Positions 39,953 to 50,010 of a stretch of 64,000 bases of DNA are shown here, piece by piece. Numbering within the stretch: position 1 is the stretch's first letter; every line of letters begins with the position of its first letter. The translations under genes and the position numbers were made by a program. Source of the DNA: Candidatus Levyibacteriota bacterium (GTDB lineage Bacteria; Patescibacteriota; Microgenomatia; Levybacterales; GWA1-39-11); contig JBCLLY010000006.1 of NCBI GenBank assembly GCA_039738415.1, positions 1,814 to 65,813 of the forward strand, given 5' to 3'. Under the pieces are notes generated by a model that was given only the letters and a program-made list of their open reading frames with translations, was not told the origin of the DNA and made no database searches.

Positions 39953-41623
39953 GTGCCGCTCAAGAAAAACAAAACAAAATATATTTTTGTTTCCGGAGGA
40001 GTAATCTCGGGAATTGGAAAAGGACTTACCGCATCTTCAATAGCATTTCTTCTCAAATCAGCAGGTTACAAAGTAGCCCCCATTAAATTTGAAAATTATC
40101 TCAACTTGGATGCCGGGACAATAAATCCAATAGAGCATGGCGATCCATTTCTATGCGAAGACGGAACAGAGGCGGACATGGATATAGGATCATACGAAAA
40201 ATTCCTAAATGAAGATATGGGAAAAGAGAATTTCGTGACAATGGGATGCATCTATCAAACAGTAATTGACCGTGAACGCCGTTTTGAATATAACGGTGAG
40301 GACGTTGAAGCAATTCCCCACATAACTGATGAAATAACCTCCAGAATCAATCATCTGGCAAAAGTAAAGGGGGCAGATATCGTTATTATCGAGCTTGGGG
40401 GAACGGCAGGCGAGTATCAGAACATTTTTTACTATGAGGCATCCAGAATCATGACTCTGAGAAATCCCGGAGACGTTATTCACGTTCATGTAAGTTATGT
40501 TCCAACCCCTTCACATCTTGGAGAACCTAAAACGAAACCCACACAGCTATCAGTAAGAACCCTTAATTCAATGGGAATTCAGCCTGATTTTATTATTGCT
40601 CGCTCTGCACGATACCTTGATCAAAGAAGAAGAGATAGATTTGCGCTTTTCTGTAATATGCATCCTGAAGATATCATTTCAAATCCGGATTTAAAAAGTG
40701 TCTACGAAATTCCACTGATTTTACATAAGCAGGGGCTTGAAAAAAGAATTTTTAAAAAACTTGGACTTACTCCAAAGGCTCCAGTTCTTGCGCCTTGGGA
40801 AAAATTAATAGAAAAAGTGAAAAGTAAAAAAGGAAAAAGCATAGAGATTGCAATTGTAGGAAAGTATTTTGGGACGGGAGAATATCAGCTGAGAGATTCG
40901 TATGCTGCGCTTTTAGACGCAATAGAGCATGCTTCGTGGAGTGCTGACGTTACGGTCATAACGCGCTGGGTGAATGCGGAGAAAGTCGAGAAAAATGGGG
41001 CTGAAAAAACAATCGGAAAACCTGACGGAATCATCGTGCCAATCGGATGGGGGGAAAGAGGTTCCGAAGGCATGATACTGGCAGTAGAGCATGCACTGGA
41101 GAATAAAATTCCGTATCTTGGGCTATGCTACGGTATGCAGCTTGCAGCAGTTGCTTTTGCCAGAAGCGCTATGGGTTGGAAAGACGCGAATACGACTGAA
41201 AATGATAAGAAGACGAAGCATCCGGTAGTGCATATGATAGAAAATCAAAAAGAATTGATGGAAAGGCGTGCTTATGGAGGCACTATGAGGCTGGGTACAT
41301 GGGATGCTCTTGTTAAAAAGGGGACACGGGCATATGAAATTTATAAAAAAGCTAATGCTTTCATCCGTGGGAAAGACGGGTTAACTTCTGAAAGACACAG
41401 ACACAGATATGAATTTAATAATAAATTTGCTCCGGAATTTGAAAAAGCAGGGTTGGTAATTTCTGCCCGCTCTGTCGTTGAAAATTTAGTTGAAATTATC
41501 GAGCTGCCGAAAGAAAAACACCCCTTCTTTATGGGAACACAGGGACATCCTGAGTATAAAAGCAGACCGTTGAGCCCCCACCCCCTATTCGTTGAGTTTA
41601 TAAAGGCAGCTTCAGCTCAATAG
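39953..41623 (+). CDS. pyrG: CTP synthase
   Basis: KYIFVSGGVISGIGKG N-terminus and the GATase domain motif GLCYGMQ. GTG start. A TTGACA hexamer lies at 39920-39925. Confidence 0.95.
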   Translation: MPLKKNKTKYIFVSGGVISGIGKGLTASSIAFLLKSAGYKVAPIKFENYLNLDAGTINPIEHGDPFLCEDGTEADMDIGSYEKFLNEDMGKENFVTMGCIYQTVIDRERRFEYNGEDVEAIPHITDEITSRINHLAKVKGADIVIIELGGTAGEYQNIFYYEASRIMTLRNPGDVIHVHVSYVPTPSHLGEPKTKPTQLSVRTLNSMGIQPDFIIARSARYLDQRRRDRFALFCNMHPEDIISNPDLKSVYEIPLILHKQGLEKRIFKKLGLTPKAPVLAPWEKLIEKVKSKKGKSIEIAIVGKYFGTGEYQLRDSYAALLDAIEHASWSADVTVITRWVNAEKVEKNGAEKTIGKPDGIIVPIGWGERGSEGMILAVEHALENKIPYLGLCYGMQLAAVAFARSAMGWKDANTTENDKKTKHPVVHMIENQKELMERRAYGGTMRLGTWDALVKKGTRAYEIYKKANAFIRGKDGLTSERHRHRYEFNNKFAPEFEKAGLVISARSVVENLVEIIELPKEKHPFFMGTQGHPEYKSRPLSPHPLFVEFIKAASAQ

Positions 41624-41664
41624 TCTATGGAAATAGATTTAAATTTATTGTATAATTGCCTTTT

Positions 41665-41910
41665 ATGGAAGTAATTGATGTAAGACGTAAAAATATTGTT
41701 AAAGTCTCTCAAAAAATTAAAGAGGGAAAGCGCGAGCGCGTGGTTTCTTTTATCGGAGAGGTAATTAAATCCAGGGGAATTGGTGATAATAAGATGGTCA
41801 CAATAAGACAAAGCATAGATGGAGTAGGCGTTGATAGAATTTTGCCTATGATGCACCCTTCTTTAATTAGCATTGAAATTATTCAGAAAAAAGCAAAGAG
41901 AAAGAAATAA
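41665..41910 (+). CDS. rplS: 50S ribosomal protein L19 (short form)
   Basis: EGKRERVVSFIGEVIKSRGIGDNKMVTIRQSIDGVGVDRILPMMHP matches the L19 core. TATAAT at 41651-41656 lies 8 nt upstream of the ATG. Confidence 0.7.
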   Translation: MEVIDVRRKNIVKVSQKIKEGKRERVVSFIGEVIKSRGIGDNKMVTIRQSIDGVGVDRILPMMHPSLISIEIIQKKAKRKK

Positions 41911-41945
41911 TATCTTTAAATCCTCTAATTTAGTATTCTATTCTT

Positions 41946-42296
41946 GTGAGACAAAAAGGACTTGATGGTGAAGCTTTGGCTGCAGAGTATCTTAAGGGTA
42001 TTGGTTATAAATTAGTTTCAAAAAACTTTCACTCTAGATTTGGCGAAATTGATTTAATTGTGTTAGATAAGACGACAATAGTTTTTGTTGAGGTGAAGTT
42101 AAGGACAAATAGGCTTTTTGGAACTCCTTTAGAAGCAATTACTTATTCGAAGCTTGAGAAAATTAAAAAAACCGCACTTTATTTTTTAACTGTCAATAAT
42201 CTGGCAAATAAGCCTTACAGACTTGATGCGATTGAAATTGAAAGAAATAATTTAGGAGAAAATTCTATAAATCATGTGAAAAATATTACTTTATAG
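41946..42296 (+). CDS. yraN: YraN family (UPF0102) endonuclease-like protein
   Basis: GEALAAEYLKGIGYKLVSKNFHSRFGEIDLIV...FVEVK pattern. Confidence 0.85.
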   Translation: MRQKGLDGEALAAEYLKGIGYKLVSKNFHSRFGEIDLIVLDKTTIVFVEVKLRTNRLFGTPLEAITYSKLEKIKKTALYFLTVNNLANKPYRLDAIEIERNNLGENSINHVKNITL

Positions 42297-42297
42297 C

Positions 42298-43596
42298 TTA
42301 CTCTTCTAGCATTTCTTCAGTTTCAGAGTCATAGACAGGTTTTATAAGAAACTCTTTCATGTCTGTGTATCCGACAAGCATAGGAAATGAAAGGTGAGAA
42401 CGGTCAGCAACGGTTGCAACAACTGTTTTTTTAATTCCTCCTATTTGAATAGTAACGTTTGCAGTTGGCCTATAACTGGAACCGTTAGCAGATATTATAT
42501 GAGCCAGCTCACCGGTAAGAGGAATTTGTAGTTTTTCAAGAAGTCCTTTGTCAATAGATGAGCGCTTTGCGCCGGTATCCATTTTTGCCTTTGTTTCATA
42601 CATATTGCCTTTGTAGTGGATTATTACATTTTGATTTATGGAAAGTATGGATGGAGAAATTTTTATTTTATCTGAAAAAGCCGCTGTAAAAAGATTTTTA
42701 CCAATTTCAACACCTCTGTCAGGACTACTTACAAGCATATTCTCTACCCTTTCAAGCCTGTTTCTCAAAGATGTCTTATTAGCATTTTGAATAGAAAGAC
42801 CTGGTCTTGCGTTAACTTCAAGAATTAATGGTCCTCTATCGCGGTCCAGAGCAATATCTACTCCGGCATATCCCAGCCCAATTTTAAACTGCGTATTTGA
42901 GGCAAGTTTTAGCATATCATCCCAGAAGGGAAGACGAATTCCGCGTGTTTTAATTTTTGTATCGGGGATAAAGTCTACGTGCTGATCATAAAGAATTGCA
43001 CCCGTTGTAATCCCTGTTCTAATATCTATTCCAAATCCAAGTGCACCCTGATGGAGATTCGCTTTCCCATTTGATATTGTAGTTGGCAATCTTAGCATAG
43101 CCATAATTGGTACGGAGTTAAACGAAATTATTCTAGTATCAGGAATTCCCCTATCGCGGTACTTTTTAAAAAAGGGGTGTAAGATTATTCTTTCCTCGAT
43201 AAATGCAACGTCGGGTAAGAATTTTAAAGAATAAGCACCCTCAAATATATCCAGAATGTGCGACTCCAGCTGGTGAATAGAATAGGATAAATTTTCATTT
43301 ATATAAGCACTGTCGTTCTCAAATTTCCTTACAACTAAAATTCCCAATCCGCCATATCCCCTAGCGGGCTTTACAACAAATCCTTGTTTTGGTAGGCAAG
43401 ACCAGTCAAAAGACCGGAGTTCCTCTCTACTATAAAAAGCCTGAATTAAGTTTGGCGTAGGAATATTATTTTCAGCAAGTATTCTTTTTGTCTCCAATTT
43501 ATCATCAGCGATTTTTTTCGCATCATGGGAATTATATTTGTTTACAAATAGGAAATTCCGGGCGTTCATACCCAATATGTTTTTACTTACCGACAT
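42298..43596 (-). CDS. ATP-grasp peptide/amino-acid ligase (alpha-L-glutamate-ligase-like) fused to a C-terminal retropepsin-like (DUF785-type) domain
   Basis: N-terminus GMNARNFLFVNKYN...ADDKLETKRIL...VVKPARGYGG (ATP-grasp). C-terminus AKMDTGAKRSSID...VADRSHLSFPMLVG (aspartyl-protease-like). Confidence 0.65.
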   Translation of the reverse strand: MSVSKNILGMNARNFLFVNKYNSHDAKKIADDKLETKRILAENNIPTPNLIQAFYSREELRSFDWSCLPKQGFVVKPARGYGGLGILVVRKFENDSAYINENLSYSIHQLESHILDIFEGAYSLKFLPDVAFIEERIILHPFFKKYRDRGIPDTRIISFNSVPIMAMLRLPTTISNGKANLHQGALGFGIDIRTGITTGAILYDQHVDFIPDTKIKTRGIRLPFWDDMLKLASNTQFKIGLGYAGVDIALDRDRGPLILEVNARPGLSIQNANKTSLRNRLERVENMLVSSPDRGVEIGKNLFTAAFSDKIKISPSILSINQNVIIHYKGNMYETKAKMDTGAKRSSIDKGLLEKLQIPLTGELAHIISANGSSYRPTANVTIQIGGIKKTVVATVADRSHLSFPMLVGYTDMKEFLIKPVYDSETEEMLEE

Positions 43597-44539
43597 GGCG
43601 AGATATTGAAGAAAATCTAAAAAACTCCAGAAGTCTTAGACCAAAATACCTTCCTATTAAAATATTAATAGGAACAAGCAGAAATATTAGCTCGGGATAT
43701 AAAAGAAAAGTATTTCTGACTAGCTCAGAGGACAGTACTACAAATCCTACTACACCCAGGGCAAAAGTAACAAGCGTTATTACAAGCATTTCCTGAAAAC
43801 TTCTCTCAATCTGAACCGAAATTATCTGTTCACTAAGAAGAATTAGTAAGAGTACCGGGAATATAGAAAGTTGTCGTACTACTAGAATTCCTGCCATAGC
43901 ACTCAGCGTAATTACTGTAAAAATTATAATCGATACTATAAACATAGAAAGAGCCATTTTAGGTAGTTGCATTATTCTAAGTTTTTTTAATATAACCCTG
44001 GCAAATGTTGACCCTAAAATAATTGAGGCAAGTAAAATAAGTCCCGCCGTAATACCGGTTGAAAGAAGCGTTATTGATAGCGCAATGGGTACTAATAAAC
44101 CTATACTGGGAAGTCCCACAACGTGTCTTATAAAAGCAATAATTGTTGCAAGCATTGGTAGAAGTAAAATAAGAATTATAGTTCTAGATGGAACACCGGC
44201 TTTGACCGATTCCTGGATAGAATAGGCAGCGAAGTTAAATGGGGTTAATTTTTCCGCAGGTCTTCTTTCAAAAAGAGTCAGAATTTCATCTATTGACGCC
44301 GGTTCTTCAGGCCTTGTGACATCATCTTCCGCAATTTTTTTTAAAGCTTCCAGCTCTTGCGCAGAAGGTGAGGATGTGGCAGAGTCTGTTGCGAGCTTAT
44401 CGGCCAGTTCCTTGTTTACAGGAGTTGCCGTTGGATTAAGTCTTATCTGCGCAAAAGTGCTGTTTGCAAATAAAATCGATACAAACAATATTGCCGAAAA
44501 GAATACAAAAAATTTGCCTAAAAACAAAAGTTTTACCAT
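43583..44539 (-). CDS. signal peptide plus 7-TM membrane protein (resembles the 7TM module associated with inactive transglutaminases)
   Basis: N-terminal signal or anchor, an acidic/Ser-rich linker, then about 7 TM helices. Overlaps the ATP-grasp gene by 14 nt. Confidence 0.5.
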   Translation of the reverse strand: MVKLLFLGKFFVFFSAILFVSILFANSTFAQIRLNPTATPVNKELADKLATDSATSSPSAQELEALKKIAEDDVTRPEEPASIDEILTLFERRPAEKLTPFNFAAYSIQESVKAGVPSRTIILILLLPMLATIIAFIRHVVGLPSIGLLVPIALSITLLSTGITAGLILLASIILGSTFARVILKKLRIMQLPKMALSMFIVSIIIFTVITLSAMAGILVVRQLSIFPVLLLILLSEQIISVQIERSFQEMLVITLVTFALGVVGFVVLSSELVRNTFLLYPELIFLLVPINILIGRYFGLRLLEFFRFSSISRHVGK

Positions 44540-44569
44540 ATTGAATAATTATAGTATATTATAACATCA

Positions 44570-45055
44570 ATGAGGATACTTGGAGTAGATCCTGGACTTG
44601 GAAGAACCGGGTGGGCAATAGTCAATGAACAACAGGGAAAGGTTGTTGCAAAGGCATTTGGCTGTATTGAAACAAGCAAAGATAAAAAGGAGGTAAATAG
44701 AATAAAAGAAATTTATTCAGAGCTTATCAAAATAATAGAAAAATATGCTCCTGAGGTTCTAGCAGTTGAAAAACTTTTTTTTAATAAAAATGTGGCAACA
44801 GCTTTAAGCGTAGGTCAGGCTCGGGGAGTAATTATTCTTGCCGCAGTAAATAAGGAACTAATAGTAGAAGAATATACACCGCTTCAAGTAAAAATAGCAG
44901 TTACGGGTTATGGTCGGGCAGATAAAAATCAAGTTGGCCAAATGGTTAAAAGCAGTTTCAACCTCTCTTGCGTTCCCAAGCCGGACGATACTGCTGATGC
45001 ACTGGCAATCGCCCTAACTCATGCTGTCTCATATAAAATTAGAAATTTGGCTTAA
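44570..45055 (+). CDS. ruvC: Holliday junction resolvase RuvC
   Basis: MRILGVDPGLGRTGWA...DTADALAIALTHA. Confidence 0.95.
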   Translation: MRILGVDPGLGRTGWAIVNEQQGKVVAKAFGCIETSKDKKEVNRIKEIYSELIKIIEKYAPEVLAVEKLFFNKNVATALSVGQARGVIILAAVNKELIVEEYTPLQVKIAVTGYGRADKNQVGQMVKSSFNLSCVPKPDDTADALAIALTHAVSYKIRNLA

Positions 45056-45077
45056 TGTAGCGTAGTATAATAGGATT

Positions 45078-45650
45078 ATGATTGGTTATTTAACAGGAGA
45101 AGCTTTTGAGGTTTTTGAGAATAATTTAATAATCCTTGTAAGTGGGATTGGGTATAAAGTTTCCTCCACAGGCCGCGCCTTAGAAAAAATAAAAAAAGGG
45201 GATAGTGTAGCTTTTTATATTACGAGCGTTATCAAAGAGGATGCTTTTGATCTTTATGGATTTGAAAGTATTAACGAAAAAAATCTTTTTGAGCTTATGA
45301 TTAGTATCTCCGGTATTGGACCAAGGACAGGGCTTGCCATTCTTTCAAAGCATAAAATTGATGATATCATGAATGCGATTAGTAGGGGAGATGTAGCTTT
45401 TTTCACAGGAATTCCTCGTCTTGGAAAGAAGAATGCGCAAAAACTTATTATTGAGCTTGGGAGCAAGATGGGGGATGTTACTCCTCTAAGTCTTGAGCAA
45501 AATCAGGAAAGGGACGAATTGTTTATGGCTTTAAAGGGGTTTGGTTATCAGGAGCGGGAAATTGCAGACATAATGCCTGATATAGAAAAAAATGGCGGTA
45601 CAATTGAAAAGAAAATTACTTTTGCAATAAAGCACTTAGGAAAAAAATAA
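45078..45650 (+). CDS. ruvA: Holliday junction branch migration protein RuvA
   Basis: MIGYLTGE N-terminus, HhH motifs ([13 protein letters not shown]) and ruvCAB synteny. TATAAT at 45066-45071 lies 6 nt upstream of the ATG. Confidence 0.9.
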   Translation: MIGYLTGEAFEVFENNLIILVSGIGYKVSSTGRALEKIKKGDSVAFYITSVIKEDAFDLYGFESINEKNLFELMISISGIGPRTGLAILSKHKIDDIMNAISRGDVAFFTGIPRLGKKNAQKLIIELGSKMGDVTPLSLEQNQERDELFMALKGFGYQEREIADIMPDIEKNGGTIEKKITFAIKHLGKK

Positions 45651-45651
45651 T

Positions 45652-46668
45652 ATGAGCGATGTATTGGACCCAAAAGATGAAGTAGATGAAATAGTTATCC
45701 AGAGTTTGAGGGCTTCATCCTGGCCTGAGTTTATAGGTCAAGAAGGTGTAAAAAGAACCCTTTTTATTTCGATGAAGGCAGCGAAAAAAAGGGCTGAGAG
45801 TTTGGAGCATTTATTATTTTACGGTCCTCCAGGACTTGGCAAGACAACTATTTCACACATTATAGCAAAAGAAATGGGTGCAAATATCAAAATTACATCA
45901 GGTCCGGCGTTAGAGCGTTCGGGAGACTTGGCGTCAATACTTACAAATTTATCAGATGGGGACATTTTATTTATTGACGAAATTCATAGGCTGAATAAGG
46001 TAGTTGAGGAAACACTTTATCCTGCTATGGAGGAATTTGCACTCGATATAGTAATTGGCAAAGGACCTTCTGCAAGAATTCTTAGGATGGATTTACCGCG
46101 CTTTACTATCATCGGTGCAACTACCAAGGCAGGAATGCTTTCGGGGCCTTTAAGAGACCGTTTTGGACTTATTAATAGGCTTACTTTTTATAACGCTAGG
46201 GAATTATCTGAAATTATAAAAAACGCTGCAAAAAAACTAAATGTAGAGATTAGTGATGAAGCATGTGATGAGCTTGCTACTCGTGGCAGAGGTACGCCAC
46301 GAATTGCTTTAAGATTACTTAAAAGGGCAAGAGACTTTGCCGCATTTTATGACTCAAAAGTTATATCAAAAGAAGTTGTAGAGAAAACGCTTTTAGTTTT
46401 AGAGATTGATAAAAAGGGATTGGACGGTTCAGATAAAAGATATCTTTTGGCAATTATAGAAAAGTATGACGGCGGACCTGTGGGTCTTGAGACTTTGGCT
46501 GCAAGCCTTTCTGAGGATAGAGTAACTTTAGAAGAGGTAGTTGAGCCATATCTTATGCAAATAGGTTTTGTAAAAAGAACTAATAGAGGTCGGATGATAA
46601 CTGAAAACGCCCTAAAGCATTTAAATTTAAAAATTCAAATACTCTCTGATCAAAAAAAACTTCTGTAA
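45652..46668 (+). CDS. ruvB: Holliday junction DNA helicase RuvB
   Basis: Walker [10 protein letters not shown], Walker B FIDEIHRL and sensor motifs. Confidence 0.95.
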   Translation: MSDVLDPKDEVDEIVIQSLRASSWPEFIGQEGVKRTLFISMKAAKKRAESLEHLLFYGPPGLGKTTISHIIAKEMGANIKITSGPALERSGDLASILTNLSDGDILFIDEIHRLNKVVEETLYPAMEEFALDIVIGKGPSARILRMDLPRFTIIGATTKAGMLSGPLRDRFGLINRLTFYNARELSEIIKNAAKKLNVEISDEACDELATRGRGTPRIALRLLKRARDFAAFYDSKVISKEVVEKTLLVLEIDKKGLDGSDKRYLLAIIEKYDGGPVGLETLAASLSEDRVTLEEVVEPYLMQIGFVKRTNRGRMITENALKHLNLKIQILSDQKKLL

Positions 46669-46692
46669 GTTAATTTATTCTCCCAGAAACTA

Positions 46693-49341
46693 TTACTCGG
46701 AAAGTGAGTTAATAAATGACTTTGTTATTTTAAATGGAACAGATTTTACTAAGTCCTGAAGACAGAGAATAATAAAAGATGCAGTAATAGGCAATATCCA
46801 AATACGCGGATCAAGCGGCGCTGTTGAGAAAACATTTCGTACAGGCGTGTAAAGAATTATGAGTGTTGCAGATATGGATAGAATTGTTGCCATAACAAGG
46901 TATTTATTTACAAAGGGAGAGCGGGTCAAAACATTTTTTCTAAAAGAACGGAAAGTGTAGACATTTACTATTTCAAGTAGAATTATAGTAACGAGTGCTG
47001 CAGTTCTTGCAACCTCAACGCTTTGACCCAGAACATTGAATACAACATAATATATGATAAGCGTTGCTGTGGCTATCAAACTTCCCAGCACGATAATTAC
47101 CCCTAAGTGAGTTTTGCTTAAAATTGAAGATTTTCTCCTGGGTGGATAATTCATAATATCTTTTGAGGTGGGGTTTAGGCCAAGTGTCATTGCGGGTATA
47201 TTGTCAGTTACCAGATTTAGAAATAGAATCTGAAGCGCTAAAAGAATCGGAGCTTCCCAGCCCAGAACCGGAGACAAAAGAACGCCTACGAAAATTATAG
47301 TAAGCTCTGCGAAGTTATCACACAGTTGATAGGTTACAAATTTTCTGATGTTATTAAATATAGTTCTTCCTTCCCTTATAGCGTTAACAATAGTGGCAAA
47401 GTTATCGTCTTTAAGGGTTAAATCCGATACCGAGCGCGAGACATCTGTTCCATTTTTTCCCATTGCTACACCAATGTGTGCTTCTTTTAGCGCCGGCGCG
47501 TCATTTACTCCATCTCCCGTCATGGTTACAATTTCGCCTTGTTCTTTAAGAGCCCTTACAATTCTGAGTTTATGCTCCGGATCTACTCTCGCAAAAATCG
47601 CGGTTTCCATTACTGCAGTTCTAAGCTCCTCATCTGACATATCATTCATTTCTTTTCCCATAAGAACATTGCCTGTTATTCCTACCTGCTTACCAATTGC
47701 AACGGCTGTTTCGCTATTATCACCAGTTATCATTTTTACTTTAATTTGAGCTTTTCTGCAGGTTTCAATTGCTTCTTTTACCTCTTCGCGGGGTGGATCT
47801 TCCAATGCGACAATTCCCAAAAATATAAGATTATCCTCAGTATAATTTTTATCACCGGAGTTTTTCTTAAAGGCCATAGAAAGAGTTCGAAAAGCTTTGG
47901 CTGCAAGATGTTTGTTTATTTCGATAAGCTGTTCCCTTCTTTCCCTTGTAAGCTTTATTGCTTTTCCATTCTCAAAGATTTCAGAACAGTTTTCGAGAAT
48001 TATTTCAAAGGCGCCTTTTGCGTAGACATATTCACCGCGTTCTTCCTTGACCAAAATTGACATCATCTTGCGCTCTGAGCTAAAAGGGGTTTCATTTAAC
48101 CGTTCGGCTTTGTAATCTTCAGTAAATAATTTAGACTTTGCACCGAGAATTAAAAGCGCACCCTCCGTTTGGTTGCCTATAACATCATACTCGTGGTTCT
48201 CTCTTAATTTTTCAATCCTTGAATCATTGCATAGTATTCCGGTTTTGATAATTAGCCCGAGCGCCTCATTGCTTGCTACGTCAATTGGCTTTTTATTTTG
48301 ATAAATTCCTCCTTCTCCTTTGTGCCCGGTTCCTGTGACAGAATATACCTCATCTCCCGATAGAATACCCCTTACAGTCATTTCTCCTACGGTAAGAGTT
48401 CCTGTTTTATCTGTACAAATAACGGTTGTTTCGCCGAGCGTTTCTATAATAGACATACGATTTACTATCGCGTTTTGCTTTGCCATACGAGACGCACCGA
48501 CTGCAAGAGTAGTTGTCAGAACAACAGGAAAACCCTCAGGAAATGCCGATACGGAAAGAGCAATCACCAGAATTAAAATCTCAGTCATGTAACCGGTAGA
48601 AATTTCCGTAGCCCGGGAAAGCATTATCGCGCCGGTTGCAACGGATGTAACCAGTGCAATTCCAACCATAACTTTTGAAATACTATTTACTTTGTCCTGA
48701 AGAGGCAGATCTTTTTCAACGGTAGAAATTAATGCAGCTATTTTTCCAAATTTAGTATTCATTCCTGTATGTATAACTTTTGCATAGCATTTACCCCTTA
48801 CTACAAAAGAACCCATATAAAGAGTATTTTTCTCATCATACTTTTCCTCAGAGGTTACTTGAATCTTTGGAAGGTCATCTGATTCTCCGGTAAGAATTGC
48901 CTCACTTACTTCCACATCCTCACCATCAATTAAAATACAGTCAGCAGGAACCCTTTCGCCGCTTCGAAGCACCAATACATCTCCAGTTACTATTTCACCC
49001 GAGGCAATCTCTTTCTCTTTTCCACCCCGGACTGCCATGCTTAACGGGAGAATCATATTTTTCAGGGCGCTGATTGCTTTTTCAGCGCGATATTCTTGTA
49101 TAAATCCGGTCGCAATAACCAGTACAATTACCCCGATAATTGCGTATCCTGTTACATCTTTTCCAACAAAAAAGGAAACAATTGCTGCCGCAAGTAACAA
49201 ATAGAGTATAAGATTTTTTCTAACTTGACGGAAAAGTATTTTATATGGTGATGTCTTTGAGATATCTGTTATTTCGTTTGGTCCAAATTCCCTTAGTCTC
49301 CTTAACGCTTCAATATCTGAAAGACCGACTATTTTACTCAT
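46693..49341 (-). CDS. cation-transporting P-type ATPase (type II, Ca2+-ATPase-like)
   Basis: DKTGTLT phosphorylation site and the TGDGVNDAPAL hinge. The ATG at 49339-49341 (MSKIVGLSDIEALRRL) is preferred over the longer ORF. Confidence 0.85.
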   Translation of the reverse strand: MSKIVGLSDIEALRRLREFGPNEITDISKTSPYKILFRQVRKNLILYLLLAAAIVSFFVGKDVTGYAIIGVIVLVIATGFIQEYRAEKAISALKNMILPLSMAVRGGKEKEIASGEIVTGDVLVLRSGERVPADCILIDGEDVEVSEAILTGESDDLPKIQVTSEEKYDEKNTLYMGSFVVRGKCYAKVIHTGMNTKFGKIAALISTVEKDLPLQDKVNSISKVMVGIALVTSVATGAIMLSRATEISTGYMTEILILVIALSVSAFPEGFPVVLTTTLAVGASRMAKQNAIVNRMSIIETLGETTVICTDKTGTLTVGEMTVRGILSGDEVYSVTGTGHKGEGGIYQNKKPIDVASNEALGLIIKTGILCNDSRIEKLRENHEYDVIGNQTEGALLILGAKSKLFTEDYKAERLNETPFSSERKMMSILVKEERGEYVYAKGAFEIILENCSEIFENGKAIKLTRERREQLIEINKHLAAKAFRTLSMAFKKNSGDKNYTEDNLIFLGIVALEDPPREEVKEAIETCRKAQIKVKMITGDNSETAVAIGKQVGITGNVLMGKEMNDMSDEELRTAVMETAIFARVDPEHKLRIVRALKEQGEIVTMTGDGVNDAPALKEAHIGVAMGKNGTDVSRSVSDLTLKDDNFATIVNAIREGRTIFNNIRKFVTYQLCDNFAELTIIFVGVLLSPVLGWEAPILLALQILFLNLVTDNIPAMTLGLNPTSKDIMNYPPRRKSSILSKTHLGVIIVLGSLIATATLIIYYVVFNVLGQSVEVARTAALVTIILLEIVNVYTFRSFRKNVLTRSPFVNKYLVMATILSISATLIILYTPVRNVFSTAPLDPRIWILPITASFIILCLQDLVKSVPFKITKSFINSLSE

Positions 49342-49432
49342 TATTATATAGTACCTGAATTCAATGAAAGTATTCAAGGTTTTATACCTAAGAAAATATA
49401 ATTTAAGTTTATTATTTCGTATAATAGGGGAG

Positions 49433-49894
49433 ATGAGAAAAATTAAAAGAATTCCCGTGACCCGAGAAGGGTACGAAAAATTAGTAAAAGATTTGGTAAG
49501 TTTAAAATCTTCCCGTCCTGAGGCAGTAAATACTTTGTCAGAGGCTCGCAAAATGGGGGATTTATCGGAAAATGGACTTTATTCTGCAGCAAAGATGCGT
49601 TTGCGTGGTATTGACTCCCAAATATTAAGACTGAATATCCAAATAAAACTTGCAGACATTATAGAGGAAAATAAGAGTGGTTTTGTTTCTATTAATTCAA
49701 AAGTTCTTATTTCAGACGGAAAGAAAGAGAGAGTACTGCATATAGTTGGACAATTTGAAGCAGATCCGCTGAATAACAAAATTTCTAGCTCGTCTCCGAT
49801 AGGACGTGGCTTAATCGGAAAAAAGACAGGAGACAGAGTGGGGGTAAATATTCCTTCGGGGAGAATTACATTTGAAATCCTAAAAGTGTTTTAA
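49433..49894 (+). CDS. greA: transcription elongation factor GreA
   Basis: IPVTREGYEKLVKDL...DLSENGLYSAAK. The ATG at 49433 is preferred over the upstream in-frame start. Confidence 0.9.
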   Translation: MRKIKRIPVTREGYEKLVKDLVSLKSSRPEAVNTLSEARKMGDLSENGLYSAAKMRLRGIDSQILRLNIQIKLADIIEENKSGFVSINSKVLISDGKKERVLHIVGQFEADPLNNKISSSSPIGRGLIGKKTGDRVGVNIPSGRITFEILKVF

Positions 49895-49909
49895 TCCTAA
49901 TCACCGTCA
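49889..49909. repeat. 21-nt perfect direct repeat, copy 1 (TTTTAATCCTAATCACCGTCA), overlapping the greA stop
   Basis: Identical to 49990-50010. Confidence 0.9.
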
Positions 49910-49942
49910 AAAATTCATAATGTTTGCATTTAAGGTTAATTT

Positions 49943-49982
49943 AAGGTTCAACCTTCAATAGCCTCAAGCAAGGTTGAACCTT
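49943..49982. terminator. 13-bp-stem hairpin (AAGGTTCAACCTT / AAGGTTGAACCTT) between convergent greA and PBP1A
   Basis: Perfect complementarity with a 14-nt loop. Lies between the two 21-nt repeat copies. Confidence 0.6.
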
Positions 49983-49989
49983 AGCTATC

Positions 49990-50010
49990 TTTTAATCCTA
50001 ATCACCGTCA
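49990..50010. repeat. 21-nt perfect direct repeat, copy 2, overlapping the PBP1A stop and last codons
   Basis: Identical to 49889-49909, 101 bp away. Confidence 0.9.

Noticed and set aside
41656-41910. Calling this short ORF a hypothetical protein rather than L19.
   Set aside because: The central and C-terminal sequence (EGKRERV..F.GEVI......G....TIRQ...GVGVDRILP...P) matches the L19 core despite the short N-terminus. The call is kept as rplS with reduced confidence.
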